Shown here in pieces: positions 61,677 to 64,000 of a stretch of DNA of 64,000 nucleotides. A model generated the notes under the pieces. That model ran no database searches and was not told the origin of the DNA. It was given only the letters and a program-made list of their open reading frames with translations. The DNA is from Phoronis australis. Taxonomy: Eukaryota > Animalia > Phoronida. Positions within the stretch are counted from its first letter, which is position 1. The number at the start of each line of letters is the position of its first letter. The stretch covers positions 4,147 through 68,146 of the forward strand of contig NMRA01000511.1 of the NCBI GenBank assembly GCA_002633005.1. Reading direction: 5' to 3'. Both the position numbers and the translations under genes were made by a program.

Positions 61677-61939
61677 CTACACATGTTTGTGAAATCTGTT
61701 CATGTGCAAAATATATGCTCTATCGCCGGAAAAAGAGCCGCTACAAATGTCACAAGAGATAGCGTTATCCGAGCTCGAGTGATACACCTGAATGTGTTTT
61801 GTCCGATAGTCTTTTCGACGAAATGTCGCCGGACATTTGTCACAACTGAGCAGTGTGACATCTGTGTGAAGGGTCCGCATATGACACATCATGTTGCGCT
61901 TAAGCGTGAACCGTTTGTCGCAAAGGAGACAAGCGAACT
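61677..61939 (-). CDS. C2H2 zinc-finger terminal exon (3 fingers)
   Basis: tttttcggtttcag|AG TTC GCT (phase 1); FACLLCDKRFTLKRNMMCHMRTLH / LSCDKCPATFRRKDYRTKHIQVYH / ISCDICSGSFSGDRAYILHMNRFH KHV*. Confidence 0.88.
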
Positions 61940-64000
61940 CTGAAACCGAAAAAGATAGAGCTGACGATGCATGGCACAATTTCCAACTTGAGAAGTTATC
62001 TCAGATGTCTCTCCTAGACACGGCAGTAAATAAGACGGACGCGTTCTTCAGTAGGTTCTGTGGTGACGCATGCACAATCACCAACGCACAGCGGCTGTTT
62101 ACCAAATTAAAGATGCAGTGATCTTCACACGTGCACGAAGCACCGATGCATATTTTGGTTGTTTTCCTAGTTCAATTCGAGAATTTTAATTAATATTCAC
62201 TCACGTTCTTACATTTCGGCAGCTTTATTGTTCTAGCTGGCTACAATATTATCACTACGTCAGTATAGCACCAATGCAACTAACAAAAATGCACCAAGAC
62301 AATTAAAGATGAAATTACATCAAATCAAAGAATTTCAGTTTTCAACAGTTGATGCGACCTTGTTATTAGGTCTAAACTTCACATTCGCACCAGGACCTAA
62401 CTGAATCGGTTTTGTCGACGGACTTTAGTTTTATACCTCAACTGCCACCACGTTCTTGACAAAGAGACTTTCAAGAATACCAGAAACTTTTAATTAACAT
62501 ACAGCGCAAAATAAGGAGTTTTCAACGCTAATCCATAACATTACCATTTAAATATTATTGAAAAGAGATGTTTCGAAAAACTCTGACATTCTCACTGCAG
62601 ACAGAAGAATCATCAGCAAAGAATGGCCGAACAAAAGGAGCAAAATAAAAAGTACCTCAAGTAATTTGTGAATGATTTATTTCTTAATAAGCGCAGTGGC
62701 TCTCGTGTAACACATCCTCCAGTTTCAAAAACCAAGTGGAAATTGAGGACACAATGTTGTAACCCATTTATGAAAACCAAAGGCAGGTTCGCCAAGAGGT
62801 GTGTGGACAAGAATGACGGGACCGTGGTCAACGTCGTCATCAATCTGGCACAATACTATCATTTCAACGCTATGTGTAGGTCAGCAACACAGATCCACTG
62901 GTGAAATGAAAATGATGTTCGACATAAGAGAACATGCACTGTTCACCTAAAGCTTAAATTGATTAATTTGGCGATCGACATCCGCCTTTCCCTTGCACGT
63001 ATCCATGTGTCGCCTTACGAGACAAGGTCGCTTGAACCCCGTAAGGCAATAGGGGCAGTAAAACTCTTTCATCCCTAGGTGGCGCCGTATGTGCTCTTTA
63101 ACGTTCTGCGCTCGTTTAATAGACACCCCACATAGTTGACAGAGAAAGCCTACAAATGACAGAAAACTCTGATTGGAGAAGCGGTAAACGAGGAAAACTG
63201 AAACGCAAGCTGAAGTTAACCTCAGTGTAGGAAGTCAGTGTAAAGGGACAGACTTAAAGCATGGGACGTGTCAACATTTTAGTGAAACCCCAGACAAAAT
63301 TCTTGACTTAAACCCATACACTGAAGTAGCTTATCCCGAAATCACCAGGACTAAAAAGGAGATGACGCCACCGAACATTAGCGAAGCTTGTTTGCCAAGA
63401 AGCACGAGCGCTCGTTATGGCGAACAAAATGGGCAGACAAAGCCCACTGACATCGAAATAAGACAATTCGACACTATGTACCAAAGGACTTCCTCACTGC
63501 TGACAACTAATGGATAATAAAACCTGGCAAACATACTACAGGTAGACCGGACTAGAACTCAATCGGAGAACATGCGAATACATTGATAGAAAAAGTAGTC
63601 AGTTACTCAGTTGTAGTGCTCAGTTTACAACAGGGACGGATCTACTCCACTAAATCTAAGCTATAATTACTAAGCTAATTACAAAGGACAGTACGATTTA
63701 CACTTAATTATAACTTTAGGCACAGAACTAAGAGTATCAAAATAAAAAAGGTCTACAATAAACCACTCGATGTGTTCAAGCCTGTCGTCAAGGCAACGTC
63801 GGAGCGATATGCCACCTGAATCGTTTAGTCCACTAAGTCAAACAGGACCGAAATTCAAAATGCCCCAATTACAACTCCAGTTCTGAATACGACGATGATC
63901 GGTAGAGTTCACCAGAACAAACATACTACAGCCCCGTGAGAAACTTCAGCATGGATAAAATTTCTGTGGCGACGGCTTTCCTCAACAACCCTCAATGTGC

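Overview
Eukaryotic, intron-rich genomic DNA with GT-AG splice sites and many MITEs, most likely from an invertebrate animal; there are no prokaryotic features. (1) About 41.5 kb of the + strand (3828-45330) can be joined by hand into one 49-exon gene of 8787 nt (about 2928 aa) with consistent splice phases. It encodes a signal peptide, seven copies of an unrecognised ~150-200 aa Cys-containing domain (A-B-A-B-A-B-C), a tandem array of six 33-nt Thr-rich micro-exons interleaved with dead exon copies, a mucin-like stalk, 25 EGF repeats in one 2.9-kb exon, a TM helix and a ~500 aa low-complexity tail. It is EGF-rich but is not Notch. (2) On the - strand (49861-61939) lie four paralogous C2H2 zinc-finger terminal exons about 4 kb apart. 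Each begins at a phase-1 acceptor with no start of its own and ends in its own stop codon, which resembles a lola/mod(mdg4)-style array of variable DNA-binding exons whose shared 5' part lies beyond the window. (3) Mobile DNA includes a decayed Penelope-like element with inverted terminal repeats carrying minimal hammerhead motifs and a tRNA-like Pol III head, an LTR-like segment, an intron-containing hAT transposase relic, several MITE families, minisatellites and a fold-back structure. All gene models come from manual reading and have no transcript support.
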